Assembly: GCA_040387415.1 (NCBI GenBank)
Contig: JAZKDU010000011.1
Coordinates: forward strand, 27,499-91,498
Direction: 5' to 3'
DNA from: Bacteroidota bacterium
GTDB lineage: Bacteria > Bacteroidota > Bacteroidia > 2-12-FULL-35-15
DNA: 64,000 nt
The stretch's first letter is position 1, and each line of letters opens with the position of its first letter. Positions 50,998 to 61,933 of the stretch are shown here, one piece after another. Under the pieces are notes generated by a model that did no database searches, was not told where the DNA came from, and worked only from the letters and a program-made list of their open reading frames with translations. A program made the position numbers and the translations under genes.

Positions 50998-52953
50998 CTA
51001 CTGACAAGACCCATTACATTGTGTTATACCAGTCATATCAGGAACGTGCACATAATGCGTACATCCGGTTGTAGGGACTACTTTCGTATAAGAATCTTCT
51101 ATAGCATAACCAGCACCTGATGAATCAAAGCATGAACCATTGGGAGGTTGAGGATAATGAAAAGGATCATAATAAGCGTAACCAATATACGTACAGGTAG
51201 GCCCTGTATACTCAACAAAGGAGTCGGAATTAGCACCATTACAATCTCCCGGTACATTACCGTAGTATATACCCACAAACGAAGCACATCCGTAATTGTC
51301 ATCACATCCTGGTTGTAATTGGGATGTGCCTTTATCACAAGCCGCACCCACGTTAGATACGCAGCAGGATGCAGTTGTTTGCGTTAAGGTTGTGGCTACT
51401 GAATTTTCGCAGCTATTATAGGCCCAAACATATAACGTGTAAGCAGTATTACAGGTGAGACCAGTTTGAGTATAGGTAGGAGTAGCTAACACATTAACAC
51501 CAACTCCTGGATAAGTGCTGGAAGTACTCCATTGATAGCCTGCTGCACCGGAAACTGTGTTCCAATTCCAAACAATTTGTGTTGCAGAAGGTGTATTGGC
51601 GCCTGCTACCGGAGCGGCCAGTGTGGAACTAACAACTACAGATGAAGTACTAACAGGCGCAGCGGAACCGCATGCATTGCTTGCTGTTAATGTATATGCG
51701 CCAGCTTCGGCAGATGTGGTATTGCTTATGGTTGGGCTTTGCGAAGAAGAGGTAAAACCGTTTGGCCCTGTCCACGCCCAGGTTGTGGCACCTGTGGCAC
51801 TTCCGGTTAGCGTTAGTGTTGTTCCCGGACAAATTGGATTTGGCGAAGCAGATGCGGTTACGGTGGAAGGTAATGCTGTAACGGCTAGAGTGACAGTTAC
51901 CGGTGCAGATGAACCACATGAATTACTTGCTGTTAAAGTATATGTCCCCGCGCCTGCTAATGTTATAGCTGTTATGGATGGGTTTTGCTGAGCGGAGGTA
52001 AATCCGTTGGGGCCCGTCCAACTCCAGGTTGCAGCTCCTGTAGCATTCCCGGTAAGATTTGCAGTTGCACTTTCACAAACCGGATTGGCAGTAGCAGCAG
52101 CAACTACAGAGGCTGGAGATGTGGAACATGCCGCTCCGCAGGACATGTTAACCCATGCATTTCCAATACTATCCCACCATTCATAACAATTGGTTGTGGT
52201 GTTAAAAATAAGCAATGAATGAGCTGGAGAAGCAATAGCATTGCGTTGAGTTGTGGTTAAGCGGGGTACAAGCACTCCCATATTTGTGCTCGTGATATCC
52301 AGTTTTGCTGAACCATCAGGCGCTGAATTGGTATTAATTCCAACATTCGATCCATTATCATATATACTGGAATTACACATATCTGTTGGGCTAGTGAATT
52401 TTGTTACATAATTCGCTGCTGCTGTATTACAGATTGTACCAGGCCCCGTTGCGCCTGTTATCCCTGCTGTTCCTGTGGGGCCCATACTGCCCGTGAAACC
52501 ATTGATTCCGGCTGTTCCACTTGCTCCTGTTACACCATTTGTTCCAGCCGTTCCGGTTGCTCCGCTAGCGCCAGTATGTCCTGTAGAACCTATCACTCCA
52601 TTGGTTCCGGCTACGCCTGTGCTACCGGTATTACCTGTTACTCCAGCACCAACACTTTGGTTTAAACCGCATAAAGATTTCCAAGCTGTTGCAGCGGAAC
52701 TCCAGTAAAAAAAACAAGACGAATCCGTATCAAAAACTAATAAACTATTTGCAGGAGAATTTATAGCAATCCGTTGAAGAGCAGTCAATCGAGGAATCAA
52801 TAAACCTTTGTTGTTTGATTGGTTTCCATTAATGTCCAACAATGCAGAAGGATCCGGAGTTAATGTACCAATACCTACACTGTTGGTTTGAGCAAAAGAG
52901 GATATGGAGATTAGTATAAATAATATAGTATAAATGAACAGTAATTTTCTCAT
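50998..52953 (-). CDS. Fibre-like protein 2: N-module, collagen, second module copy, two Ig/PKD-like repeats, FN3, Cys-rich tip
   Basis: Likely ATG 52953 ([12 protein letters not shown]); [10 protein letters not shown] repeats; [29 protein letters not shown]3. Confidence 0.85.
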   Translation of the reverse strand: MRKLLFIYTILFILISISSFAQTNSVGIGTLTPDPSALLDINGNQSNNKGLLIPRLTALQRIAINSPANSLLVFDTDSSCFFYWSSAATAWKSLCGLNQSVGAGVTGNTGSTGVAGTNGVIGSTGHTGASGATGTAGTNGVTGASGTAGINGFTGSMGPTGTAGITGATGPGTICNTAAANYVTKFTSPTDMCNSSIYDNGSNVGINTNSAPDGSAKLDITSTNMGVLVPRLTTTQRNAIASPAHSLLIFNTTTNCYEWWDSIGNAWVNMSCGAACSTSPASVVAAATANPVCESATANLTGNATGAATWSWTGPNGFTSAQQNPSITAITLAGAGTYTLTASNSCGSSAPVTVTLAVTALPSTVTASASPNPICPGTTLTLTGSATGATTWAWTGPNGFTSSSQSPTISNTTSAEAGAYTLTASNACGSAAPVSTSSVVVSSTLAAPVAGANTPSATQIVWNWNTVSGAAGYQWSTSSTYPGVGVNVLATPTYTQTGLTCNTAYTLYVWAYNSCENSVATTLTQTTASCCVSNVGAACDKGTSQLQPGCDDNYGCASFVGIYYGNVPGDCNGANSDSFVEYTGPTCTYIGYAYYDPFHYPQPPNGSCFDSSGAGYAIEDSYTKVVPTTGCTHYVHVPDMTGITQCNGSCQ

Positions 52954-53016
52954 GAAAGAAGAATTCAAATTGTACATTGGATTATGATTTAATAAAAGTA
53001 AACTATAATTTAACAT

Positions 53017-55452
53017 CTAATAAAATGAATTCCATGTAGTTCCATCAAAACCTTCAAATTTATTTAATGTTGTATTAAATCGAATCATCCCTGTAGCAGG
53101 ACTAGCGGGTCTTTGAGCTGTAGTACCAACAGGTACAATAACTGCACCTGTTCCCACCACATCTAATTCACTTCGAGGGGTAGTGGTGCTGATACCAACA
53201 GTACCCGTTGAAAAATCTCCGTAAATTAAAGGAGGATTCGTACTGTTATTTGCAATATAAAGTTTATCAGATCCGGTTTCATTATAACCAGCCCTGTAGC
53301 CGAGAAACACATTGTTGCTGCCTGTGGAATTACTATATCCAGCATTGTGCCCGAGGGCAGTATTGTTTAAACCGCTGGTATTAGTATATAGGGACTGCGT
53401 CCCACTGGCAGTATTTCGGGCTCCAATGGTATTGAAATTAAGTGCACCATATCCCGTGGCAGCATTGAAGTATCCTGTGGTGTTGGTTTGAAGTGCAACA
53501 TAGCCGATAGCCGTGTTTTGATATCCCGTAGTATTAAAACGCATAACATTTGTTCCAATGGCTGTGTTTTCGTATCCTGTAGTATTATTAAACAGTGTAT
53601 GCATTCCTGTAGTTGCATTACCATCTCCAATTGTATTACTCAAAAGAGCTTGATAACCAATAGCCGTATTTCTGTTTCCTGTATTGTTAGCAGCAGTATT
53701 AGAGCCCCGCAATGCCTCATAACCAACCGCAACATTCTGATTATCAAAACCGACAGATGTGCTATTAGCATATTTCATAGCATTCGCTCCAATAGCGGTA
53801 GCGTTGCGTCCTGATACATTATAATAAAGAGCTCCTTCTCCCACAGCAGAATTATATGAACCTGCTGTATTGGAAAGAAGCGCTCCGTTACCAAATGCAG
53901 AATTGAAATTACCGGAAGTATTGGATAAAAGCGGACCATTGCCTACCGCGGTATTGCCAGCACCCGTTGTAACAGGGTTCAATGCACCATAACCAAATGA
54001 GTTATTACCATTTCCCGAACGGTCAATCAAGCCTGATTGAGTATTTGCCACTTTAAAAACTAAATTTTGCGCATCAGTTGTTCCAATAAAATTGGCACCT
54101 GCTGTGGTGCCTGAATTGCCAGTAAGTGCCCAGCCACTTCCACCACTCGATGTTTGCCAACTTCCCTGGCCATTGGCATCAGAAGTCAGCACTTTTCCTG
54201 CTCCCTGATTTCCATCTACAATTTTTATTGTTGTTCCTGAAGCTCCAATTACTTCCAGTTTAGCACCGGGACTCGTAGTATTTATACCAACATTACCATT
54301 TCTGTCAATTCTCATTCTTTCCACTAACGTACCGGAAGCATAAGTAGCAAAATAGATGCCTCCAACACCACTGGGTCCGGCAACTTCTCTTACAGCGCCT
54401 ATAGTTGCTTCGGTATTCGTTAAACCTGCTGCGCTTGAAAGTTGAAATGCGATGCCAGAGCGTGTGCCAATACCTGTATTGTTTTGTGAAAGCATGAGTA
54501 TTCGGCCATCTCCCGGAGAGGTTGCTGCATCATTCACTAATCCATGAATAGGAAATCCGTACGATCCCGGAATAACAGCCGTGGATCCTAAAATTGAATT
54601 GCCCCAAACACGAAGTGTTTCCTCGGGAGTACTAATACCAATACCTACATTTCCTGCAGATGTAACCCTGATTTTTTCCGAATTATTGGTTGCCACTACT
54701 ATATCTGTAGCGTCTGTAGTTCCTATAAAATTTGTTCCCGGTGTAGTACCTGCGTTGCCTGCAAGTGTCCAGTGTGTGCCCACATCTTCACCAGTAGCAC
54801 CTTGTATTCCCGTAGTGCCAGTTGACCCGGTAATACCTGCTCCTGTAGTACCTGTAAATCCTGGTTCTCCTGTTGCACCCGTTGAGCCGGTAACTCCTGA
54901 TCCTGTTGCACCTGTTGTACCTACATCTCCTGTGCTGCCGGTAACTCCTGTATTAGCAGTAACACCTGTTGCCCCTAGAGTTCCTCCTCCGGTAGCGCCA
55001 GTTATACCTATATTCCCAGCAGCACCCGTGAAACCAGTTTTTCCGGTGGTGCCTATAGATCCTGCGGTACCAGTAGCTCCGATGACTCCAGTACCTGTAA
55101 AACCCGTTGCTCCCATTATACCGGCACCGGTAGTTCCTGTGTTACATAATGATTTCCAGCTGGTGGTTAATGAATTCCAGTAAAAGAAGCAGGAAGAATC
55201 AGTATCAAATACCAGCAAACTGTTTGCCGGAGAGGCAATGGCTAAACGTTCTGTAGCATTGAGCCGAGGAATAAGCAAGCCTTTGTTATTTGCAGGTGCA
55301 GCATTAATATCCACCAGGGCAGAAGGATCTGGAGTTAATGTACCTATACCTATATTATTAGTTTGAGCGAAACTTTGGATTACTGCAAACAGAAAATTGA
55401 TGTATAAGAAAAAAATGAAGGTAGATCGAAGTGCATTTCTGATTTGTTTCAT
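53017..55452 (-). CDS. Fibre-like protein 3: N-module, collagen, shaft repeats, 17-aa repeats, C-terminal module-like cap
   Basis: Likely ATG 55452; ends [35 protein letters not shown]; no S74. Confidence 0.85.
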   Translation of the reverse strand: MKQIRNALRSTFIFFLYINFLFAVIQSFAQTNNIGIGTLTPDPSALVDINAAPANNKGLLIPRLNATERLAIASPANSLLVFDTDSSCFFYWNSLTTSWKSLCNTGTTGAGIMGATGFTGTGVIGATGTAGSIGTTGKTGFTGAAGNIGITGATGGGTLGATGVTANTGVTGSTGDVGTTGATGSGVTGSTGATGEPGFTGTTGAGITGSTGTTGIQGATGEDVGTHWTLAGNAGTTPGTNFIGTTDATDIVVATNNSEKIRVTSAGNVGIGISTPEETLRVWGNSILGSTAVIPGSYGFPIHGLVNDAATSPGDGRILMLSQNNTGIGTRSGIAFQLSSAAGLTNTEATIGAVREVAGPSGVGGIYFATYASGTLVERMRIDRNGNVGINTTSPGAKLEVIGASGTTIKIVDGNQGAGKVLTSDANGQGSWQTSSGGSGWALTGNSGTTAGANFIGTTDAQNLVFKVANTQSGLIDRSGNGNNSFGYGALNPVTTGAGNTAVGNGPLLSNTSGNFNSAFGNGALLSNTAGSYNSAVGEGALYYNVSGRNATAIGANAMKYANSTSVGFDNQNVAVGYEALRGSNTAANNTGNRNTAIGYQALLSNTIGDGNATTGMHTLFNNTTGYENTAIGTNVMRFNTTGYQNTAIGYVALQTNTTGYFNAATGYGALNFNTIGARNTASGTQSLYTNTSGLNNTALGHNAGYSNSTGSNNVFLGYRAGYNETGSDKLYIANNSTNPPLIYGDFSTGTVGISTTTPRSELDVVGTGAVIVPVGTTAQRPASPATGMIRFNTTLNKFEGFDGTTWNSFY

Positions 55453-55566
55453 TATAAAACTGTTATTTTCCAATACTTAATAACCATGCTAACTATTAAT
55501 TTATGGTTACTGAATTATTTGAAACTGTTTAAATTTACTGTTTATTTTGTTATAGCTTCCCACTCC

Positions 55567-55620
55567 TTCGACTAAGCTCAGGCTGCCAGCGCCCGGTCAT
55601 ATTGAGCTTATCGAAATATG
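55567..55620. repeat. REP-like inverted pair
   Basis: TTCGACTAAGCTCA (55567-55580) and TGAGCTTATCGAA (55603-55615), the second preceded by GTCAT. Confidence 0.65.
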
Positions 55621-55671
55621 TTGGCTGTATTAGTACCTATAGAATTTTTTATAAAAATTTAAACAGACTCT

Positions 55672-58191
55672 TTATTTTTTGGAATTATTCATTAATGTTT
55701 TTAATTCCATTATTTCAAATTTCATGTTTTTAAATTCTAATTCTGAACGGGCTTTTAAATTCAAATTTTCCTGCTGCATTTTTTCAATGATAGTCTTTTG
55801 GTTGGTGATTGTAGTTGATAAACTATCTATCATCTGCTGCTGTTCCTGCACTGCTTTTACCAATGGAACAACAAATTGAGAATAAGCAACACTGTAATTT
55901 TCATTGGTATTTTTTGGTGCATACAATCCGTCAAAGTTAAAGCCAGTGTTTTTAGCAGCCTGTTCCACTTCCTGAGCAATAAAACCCGTACGGATAATTG
56001 CTGTTGATGGCTCATAATCAGTGTTTTTATTACGTTCTCTCCTGATACTATCGGGCATGTTTTGCATCAGGAATTCATCAAATTTTTTGGTGTCGAAATT
56101 ATAAGTAACCGGGCGAAGTTTGGTAATAAATTCTAACCCTTTTACTTCTTCCTTTATGTTGTATTTGAAACGGCCATCGCTAGGGACATAGTTATTTGCC
56201 TGGCTTTCTATTTCGGTAACGGTGGCATTTCCAATTCTTACTTTATCACTTGCGTTAACAATGGCGTTGTAGCCTAATGCTGTTGCATTACTTAAAGCAG
56301 TAGAGCCTACATCAGCACCGCCACCTATAGCTGCATTATTATCACCGGTGGTGTTAATATAAAGAGCAGCGTTTCCAATAGCCGTATTATTATTTCCTAT
56401 GGTATTATCATGCATGGCGTTTTGACCAACGGCTGCATTAAAGTTTCCGGTAGTATTGTATAAAAGACAAAAATAGCCATTGGCTGTATTGTTGGAGCCG
56501 CTTGTATTATAAACCAGGGCATTTGCACCTGAAGCCGTGTTATAGGTACCATTGCTATTAACAAGCAAGGCATTCAGTCCAATGGCAGTATTACCGGTAC
56601 ATATGTTACAAGCATTCAATGCTTTTGCACCCACAGCAGTATTTGCTCCAAACGTTACTGAATAAAGGGCTTTGTAACCAACAGCGGTATTATTACTCCA
56701 TACGGTGTTTGAATACAAAGCCTGATAACCTACTGCAACAGAACCACCATTTGTACCCGCAGTGGTATTTGAATACAATGCCTGGTAACCAAGAGCAGTG
56801 TTTTGATCTCCTGTTGTATTACTGTATAGGGACTGGTAACCATTTGCGGTATTCCCAAAACCTATTGTATTTGAGTATAAGGATTTACTTCCAATTGCCA
56901 AATTGCCAACAGCTTCAGTGGGGGAGGAAGTGCCCGTACCATTGTTGTAAAGTGCAGAGTCACCAATGGCTAAAAGGCTGTTAAGGGTTGTGCTTTTAAA
57001 CATAGCATTACTGCCAATTGCAATATTAGAATATCCTGTTGTATTGTAATGGAGAGCAGCTATTCCATATGCAGTATTATTGCTTCCCGTTGTGTTGGAA
57101 GTTAGCGTTCTGGATCCATTGGCTGTATTTCCATTTCCTGTTGTATTTTCATCCAGAGCGTTGGAGCCGGTTGCAACATTTTCTGATCCTGTGGTATTGG
57201 CACCCAATGCATTCTGACCGGAGGCGGTATTTACCCCACCAGTAGTGTTTGCACTCATCGCACTTCGCCCAATAGCCGTGTTTCCAAGTCCAGAAGTATT
57301 ATAATATAAGGCATAGGCCCCTACGGCAGTATTTACATGACCATCAATATTCGAATAAAGAGCATTCCTGCCAATAGCGGTATTTTGGTAACCTGTAGTG
57401 TTTACTGAGCCAACTTTATCGCCAATAAACGTATTATTATTACCTGTGTTTACTTTTCCGTTCATATATCCAAAAAAGGTATTGGATAATGCAGGATCTA
57501 TTCTGCCGGCCTGTTCATTATTTACTTTTATAGTTAATGGCACATTGTCAATAGTACCAATGAAATTGACACCATCTACAGTTCCTGTATTACCGGTAAT
57601 TGTCCAATGAGTGCCCGAATCAACTCCGGTAGCTCCGGTGCTGCCGGTAATTCCGGCCCCTGCACCTGTTGGTCCCGTGACTCCCATTGTTCCGGCAGCT
57701 CCCGTTTCACCAGTGCTTCCGATTGATCCTGTTCCAGTACCAGTGGCTCCGGTAATTCCAATCAACCCTATAGCGCCTGTTTCACCAGTGCTGCCCGTTA
57801 CTCCTGCACCTGTTGAGCCTGTCGTACCAATTATACCCGGGGCACCAGTACCACCTGTAATTCCAGCAGCTCCTGATCCGGAAGAGCCACTATTACATAA
57901 GGATTTCCAGATTGTAGCATTCCAGTAAAAAAAGCAGGCCGAATCAGTGTCAAATACTAATAAACTATTAGCAGGTGATGGAATAGCCAAACGTTGAGAG
58001 GCTGTCATCCTAGGAATAAGTAATCCTTTATTATTTGCAGGGCTGCCATTTATATCGAGAAGAGCTGAAGGTGCAGGAGTTACTGTTCCAATACCTACAT
58101 TTTGGGATAATGAATATTTTGGTACAAATAGGTTCCAGATGAAAAGAATTATACTAATTGTAAAAAGAGTACTGTTTTTAAAGCTAACCAT
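55672..58191 (-). CDS. Fibre-like protein 4: N-module, collagen, long 17-aa repeat stalk, peptidase S74 chaperone
   Basis: Signal peptide to SLSQ; SDGRFK..I...[21 protein letters not shown]. Confidence 0.88.
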   Translation of the reverse strand: MVSFKNSTLFTISIILFIWNLFVPKYSLSQNVGIGTVTPAPSALLDINGSPANNKGLLIPRMTASQRLAIPSPANSLLVFDTDSACFFYWNATIWKSLCNSGSSGSGAAGITGGTGAPGIIGTTGSTGAGVTGSTGETGAIGLIGITGATGTGTGSIGSTGETGAAGTMGVTGPTGAGAGITGSTGATGVDSGTHWTITGNTGTVDGVNFIGTIDNVPLTIKVNNEQAGRIDPALSNTFFGYMNGKVNTGNNNTFIGDKVGSVNTTGYQNTAIGRNALYSNIDGHVNTAVGAYALYYNTSGLGNTAIGRSAMSANTTGGVNTASGQNALGANTTGSENVATGSNALDENTTGNGNTANGSRTLTSNTTGSNNTAYGIAALHYNTTGYSNIAIGSNAMFKSTTLNSLLAIGDSALYNNGTGTSSPTEAVGNLAIGSKSLYSNTIGFGNTANGYQSLYSNTTGDQNTALGYQALYSNTTAGTNGGSVAVGYQALYSNTVWSNNTAVGYKALYSVTFGANTAVGAKALNACNICTGNTAIGLNALLVNSNGTYNTASGANALVYNTSGSNNTANGYFCLLYNTTGNFNAAVGQNAMHDNTIGNNNTAIGNAALYINTTGDNNAAIGGGADVGSTALSNATALGYNAIVNASDKVRIGNATVTEIESQANNYVPSDGRFKYNIKEEVKGLEFITKLRPVTYNFDTKKFDEFLMQNMPDSIRRERNKNTDYEPSTAIIRTGFIAQEVEQAAKNTGFNFDGLYAPKNTNENYSVAYSQFVVPLVKAVQEQQQMIDSLSTTITNQKTIIEKMQQENLNLKARSELEFKNMKFEIMELKTLMNNSKK

Positions 58192-58238
58192 GTGTCTTTT
58201 TTTTAGTCTAATGATTTGATAATCATTTAATTGATTTT

Positions 58239-58246
58239 CAAATATA
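58239..58246 (-). promoter_or_regulatory. -7 box upstream of fibre 4
   Basis: Minus strand TATATTTG matches TAnnTTTG, ~48 nt before the ATG. Confidence 0.5.
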
Positions 58247-58310
58247 ATGTTATAATTGATTGCCTCCAGTTATTGGCATAAAAAAAATGAAGCATCCATT
58301 TGATCCGGAT

Positions 58311-60326
58311 TTATTTTTTTTTCAGAATTTCTATTTCATTTTGCATTTCTTTTATCATCCTTTGCTGCTCTATAATCTGCAACTGCATGTTTTCAACAGC
58401 TTCTAAAGTTTGAAATGACATTCGGGTGATATTTATAGTGCCTTTATGTTCTTTTTCCTCCATTTTTGCAGAAGTTAGCCATGGCAGATGCCCTTTTCTT
58501 TTGATAAATTTTTCAACATCCTCAAGCGAATAAAATGTATAATCCGGCTTAAAAACATAATCTGGTTTAGAATAAACTGATCCATCCATTGCACCGCAGG
58601 ATCCATCATAATAAATACTACCTGTAGCACGTATATCACCGCATACATCAAGTGTATAAGCAGGGCTGGAAGTGTTAATTCCCACAAATCCATTTAAATT
58701 TACCCTAAGAAATTGTTCTGTCGGGCCATTAATTCCGCCCCCTCTACCAACTATAAAAAGCGGGTTATTAAGATATGCTCCGCTAAGTGCGGCATTATTT
58801 CCATCCGTAGATACGGCTAATACGGGGGTTGCGCTTACATAATAGGAGGTGTTATTTGTTCCCATTGAACTAAAAATTGCAGCTCCATCATCATATACCG
58901 TTAATCTTCTGGTTGGATTTACAGTTCCAATACCAATTTTGCCGGCAGAAGTTACTCTAAACCTTTCTAAATTGTTAGTAGCAACAACAAAATCTTTTGT
59001 ATCCTTTGTTCCGATAAAATTATTGTTTACAGCACTGCCTAAAAGTGCTGTGGAAGGAGTGGTTCCGGTATCCCCTGTAGTAAGCCATCCTGCATTAGAA
59101 ATGTTGGCCCAGCTTAAATTACCAACGCCATCATTTTGCAAAAAAGAAGATGGAGTGCCCTGTGCTGCTGGAAGTACTAGTGAATAAGATGTGGTGGTAG
59201 TGCCTGATTGTATATTCAGTGTATTTGTATTTGCTGCATTATAAAACAGGATGGACCCATTAGCTGCCGCAGCACCTCCCAAACCTCCAAATGAAATACC
59301 TGAGCTGATTTGCCCTGCAGCGTGTATTAATGAGGCAGGCGCTGTAGTACCTACCCCTACATTTCCATTGTGAGTTATGGTCATTGCATTTATAGGTGTT
59401 GCAGCTGTTGCTGTTCTAAATGAAATTGCAGGTTTTGTAATGATGGGATCATTATAAATATTATCAATATAAGTATCTCCATTATTTGTATAGTTTATTA
59501 GAAAGCCTTCCGTCATTCCAAAATTTTCTCCGGTAAATCTAATGGCAGCATTATTTAAGCCTGAAATTCCAGGGCTTCCGGGACTTAATCTAAATTCAAC
59601 AGGGCCCGGATTGGCAATATGCAGCTTAACAGCGGGGGAGGATGTTCCAATACCCACATTGCCATTAGCTAAAATTCTCATGTTTTCAGAATTATTTGTT
59701 TTAACAACCAGATCTATGGCATCTGTAGTTCCTATAAAATTGGTTGCTGCATCTGTAGATGCATTACCCGTTATTGTCCAATGGGTTCCAAGATCTGCAC
59801 CTGTAGCCCCTATTGCACCTGTGAATCCTGTTAAACCCGTTGTGCCAATATCACCTGTAATGCCGGCAATTCCAGCGGCACCTGTTTGCCCAGTAACACC
59901 TATTGCACCAGTTGTTCCGGTTACACCTGTTAATCCAACGGATCCGGTAATACCGGTGGAACCAGTTTGGCCCGTAATACCTATTGTACCAGTTGTTCCT
60001 GTATTGCCTGTTGTGCCATTATTCCCGACAGTTCCTGCATTACACAGTGATTTCCAGTTTGTGGTAATTGCATTCCAATAAAAAAAACAGGCCGAATCGG
60101 TATCAAATACCAACAAACTATTGGCTGGGGAAGGTATAGCAATGCGCTGAACAGCTGTAAGCCTTGGCACTAAAACACCTTTATTATTACCCGAACTGGC
60201 ATCGACATCCAGCAATGCCGATGGAGCAGGAGTTAGCGTACCAATACCAATGTTATTGTTTTGCGCGAAGGATGGGGAACAAATTAAGATCCACACCAAT
60301 AAACAAGTATAAAAATATGTTTTCAT
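58311..60326 (-). CDS. Fibre-like protein 5: N-module, collagen, GxVGIGT shaft units, PDYVF-type C-terminal coiled-coil domain
   Basis: Signal peptide to SFAQ; [10 protein letters not shown]...LEDVEKFI...HLP..SA; terminal coiled coil. Confidence 0.86.
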   Translation of the reverse strand: MKTYFYTCLLVWILICSPSFAQNNNIGIGTLTPAPSALLDVDASSGNNKGVLVPRLTAVQRIAIPSPANSLLVFDTDSACFFYWNAITTNWKSLCNAGTVGNNGTTGNTGTTGTIGITGQTGSTGITGSVGLTGVTGTTGAIGVTGQTGAAGIAGITGDIGTTGLTGFTGAIGATGADLGTHWTITGNASTDAATNFIGTTDAIDLVVKTNNSENMRILANGNVGIGTSSPAVKLHIANPGPVEFRLSPGSPGISGLNNAAIRFTGENFGMTEGFLINYTNNGDTYIDNIYNDPIITKPAISFRTATAATPINAMTITHNGNVGVGTTAPASLIHAAGQISSGISFGGLGGAAAANGSILFYNAANTNTLNIQSGTTTTSYSLVLPAAQGTPSSFLQNDGVGNLSWANISNAGWLTTGDTGTTPSTALLGSAVNNNFIGTKDTKDFVVATNNLERFRVTSAGKIGIGTVNPTRRLTVYDDGAAIFSSMGTNNTSYYVSATPVLAVSTDGNNAALSGAYLNNPLFIVGRGGGINGPTEQFLRVNLNGFVGINTSSPAYTLDVCGDIRATGSIYYDGSCGAMDGSVYSKPDYVFKPDYTFYSLEDVEKFIKRKGHLPWLTSAKMEEKEHKGTINITRMSFQTLEAVENMQLQIIEQQRMIKEMQNEIEILKKK

Positions 60327-60343
60327 ATAGTACTATTTTAATG

Positions 60344-61906
60344 TTATCGTATTCCAATTGCAAACCAATTTACAACACCGCTGCCACTCTGTTTCATTTG
60401 AATGTCGTTGCCGCTTACCTGAAAAGTAATTGTACTGTTGCCGTTGGGAACAGCATCCTGGGTAAAAATAACAGAAGAGCCTAAACCATCATCATGACCA
60501 ACCATTGCAGTAGCTACTCCTCCAACTGCTGCAGTTGCATAAATCAAACATGCATGACTTGATGATAATGTCATAATGGTTACATACGTATTGGAAGCTA
60601 AATTAGGTGAACCTGCTTGTGAGCGAAAGCCCGTTGCAGTGGCTGTTCCAGAAACTTCAAGTTTGGAAGAGGGGCTTGTGGTTCCTATACCTACGTTGCC
60701 AGTCACATCATCAATTGCGATTGGAATGAGTCCTGATACAGAGTTATACAATATAAATTTATTTGCAACTGCGCCACTTGCATCGCAACCTAAAAGCCAA
60801 TATTTTGAATTATCTGATGGATAATCATACCTAATATGATTATCGCCTGCATTTGAAGATGTCAGCCTCATTACCGCTACACCATTAACAGTGGGTGTAT
60901 TTAGATGAAGTCCGTGGGTTGGAGTTGCTGTACCAATACCAACATTACCACCACTTGTAATGATCATAGCAGGATCAATTGGCGTTCCGGCAAGTCCAAC
61001 GGCAAAACGTAAATCTCCGTTAATATCATTCAAGGAGCCTGAAGAATAAATTTTTGCTCTGTTTACAGAAGAAGATGCAGCTCCGAAAGTAATCACATTA
61101 TTTTCTGTTGGAAGGTTAGGTTGTAACCTGAAAATGGAATTTCCGTCACTTTTAATTTCCATAGCAGTGCTTGGCGTTAGGGTACCAATACCAATATTAC
61201 CAAGTGAAGTAACTCTTATTTTTTCAGTATTATTTGTGTAAATTGCAAAATCCTGTGCATCCGTGGTCCCCAAAAAGTTTGTTCCTGCATTGGTACCGGC
61301 ATTACCTGTTATTGTCCAATGTGTTCCAATATCGGAGCCTGTAGCCCCGGTAGTTCCTATATTGCCTGTAACACCGATGCTGCCCGTAGTTCCAACCGAA
61401 CCTGTAACACCAGTTGTTCCTGACACTCCGGTAGCGCCAATTCCTCCACTATTTCCAGTTGTTCCTATTAGTCCTATACCTGTGGCACCCGTAGCGCCAA
61501 TTCCGCCATTAATGCCGGTTGCTCCAATTAGTCCTGTGCCTGTTGCACCAGTAGTGCCAATCCCTCCGGTATTACCAGTTGCTCCCGCTATGCCCGTACC
61601 CGAATTACATAACGATTTCCAGCTTGAAGCCACGCTACTCCAGTAAAAAAAACAAGCAGAATCCGTATCAAATACTAATAAACTATTTGCGGGAGAGGGA
61701 ATAGCAAGCCGTTGGAGAGAAGTCATGCGCGGAACAAGCACCCCTTTGTTATTACCGGAGCTGGCATCAATATCCAATATAGCGGATGGGGCAGGAGTGA
61801 GGGTACCGATACCTACATTATTGTTTTGTGAAAACAGTTTACTTTCAGTTTCTATCAGAAAGGAGAAAATAAAAAAGATCGCGAAAACGTAAACTATTTT
61901 TTTCAT
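60344..61906 (-). CDS. Fibre-like protein 6: N-module, collagen, shaft units, small beta-rich tip
   Basis: Signal peptide to LFSQ; three GN(I/V)GIGT.TP/SP units; ends ...[10 protein letters not shown]. Confidence 0.86.
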   Translation of the reverse strand: MKKIVYVFAIFFIFSFLIETESKLFSQNNNVGIGTLTPAPSAILDIDASSGNNKGVLVPRMTSLQRLAIPSPANSLLVFDTDSACFFYWSSVASSWKSLCNSGTGIAGATGNTGGIGTTGATGTGLIGATGINGGIGATGATGIGLIGTTGNSGGIGATGVSGTTGVTGSVGTTGSIGVTGNIGTTGATGSDIGTHWTITGNAGTNAGTNFLGTTDAQDFAIYTNNTEKIRVTSLGNIGIGTLTPSTAMEIKSDGNSIFRLQPNLPTENNVITFGAASSSVNRAKIYSSGSLNDINGDLRFAVGLAGTPIDPAMIITSGGNVGIGTATPTHGLHLNTPTVNGVAVMRLTSSNAGDNHIRYDYPSDNSKYWLLGCDASGAVANKFILYNSVSGLIPIAIDDVTGNVGIGTTSPSSKLEVSGTATATGFRSQAGSPNLASNTYVTIMTLSSSHACLIYATAAVGGVATAMVGHDDGLGSSVIFTQDAVPNGNSTITFQVSGNDIQMKQSGSGVVNWFAIGIR

Positions 61907-61933
61907 CGGTTTTAAATTAATCTTTAATAAAAA

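Noticed and set aside
47549-61646. Plus-strand Pro/Val-rich ORFs (47549, 52475, 54581, 57611, 59542, 61263)
   Set aside because: Antisense shadows of Gly-X-Thr codons (GGN reads as NCC), giving PVxPVxP with few stops
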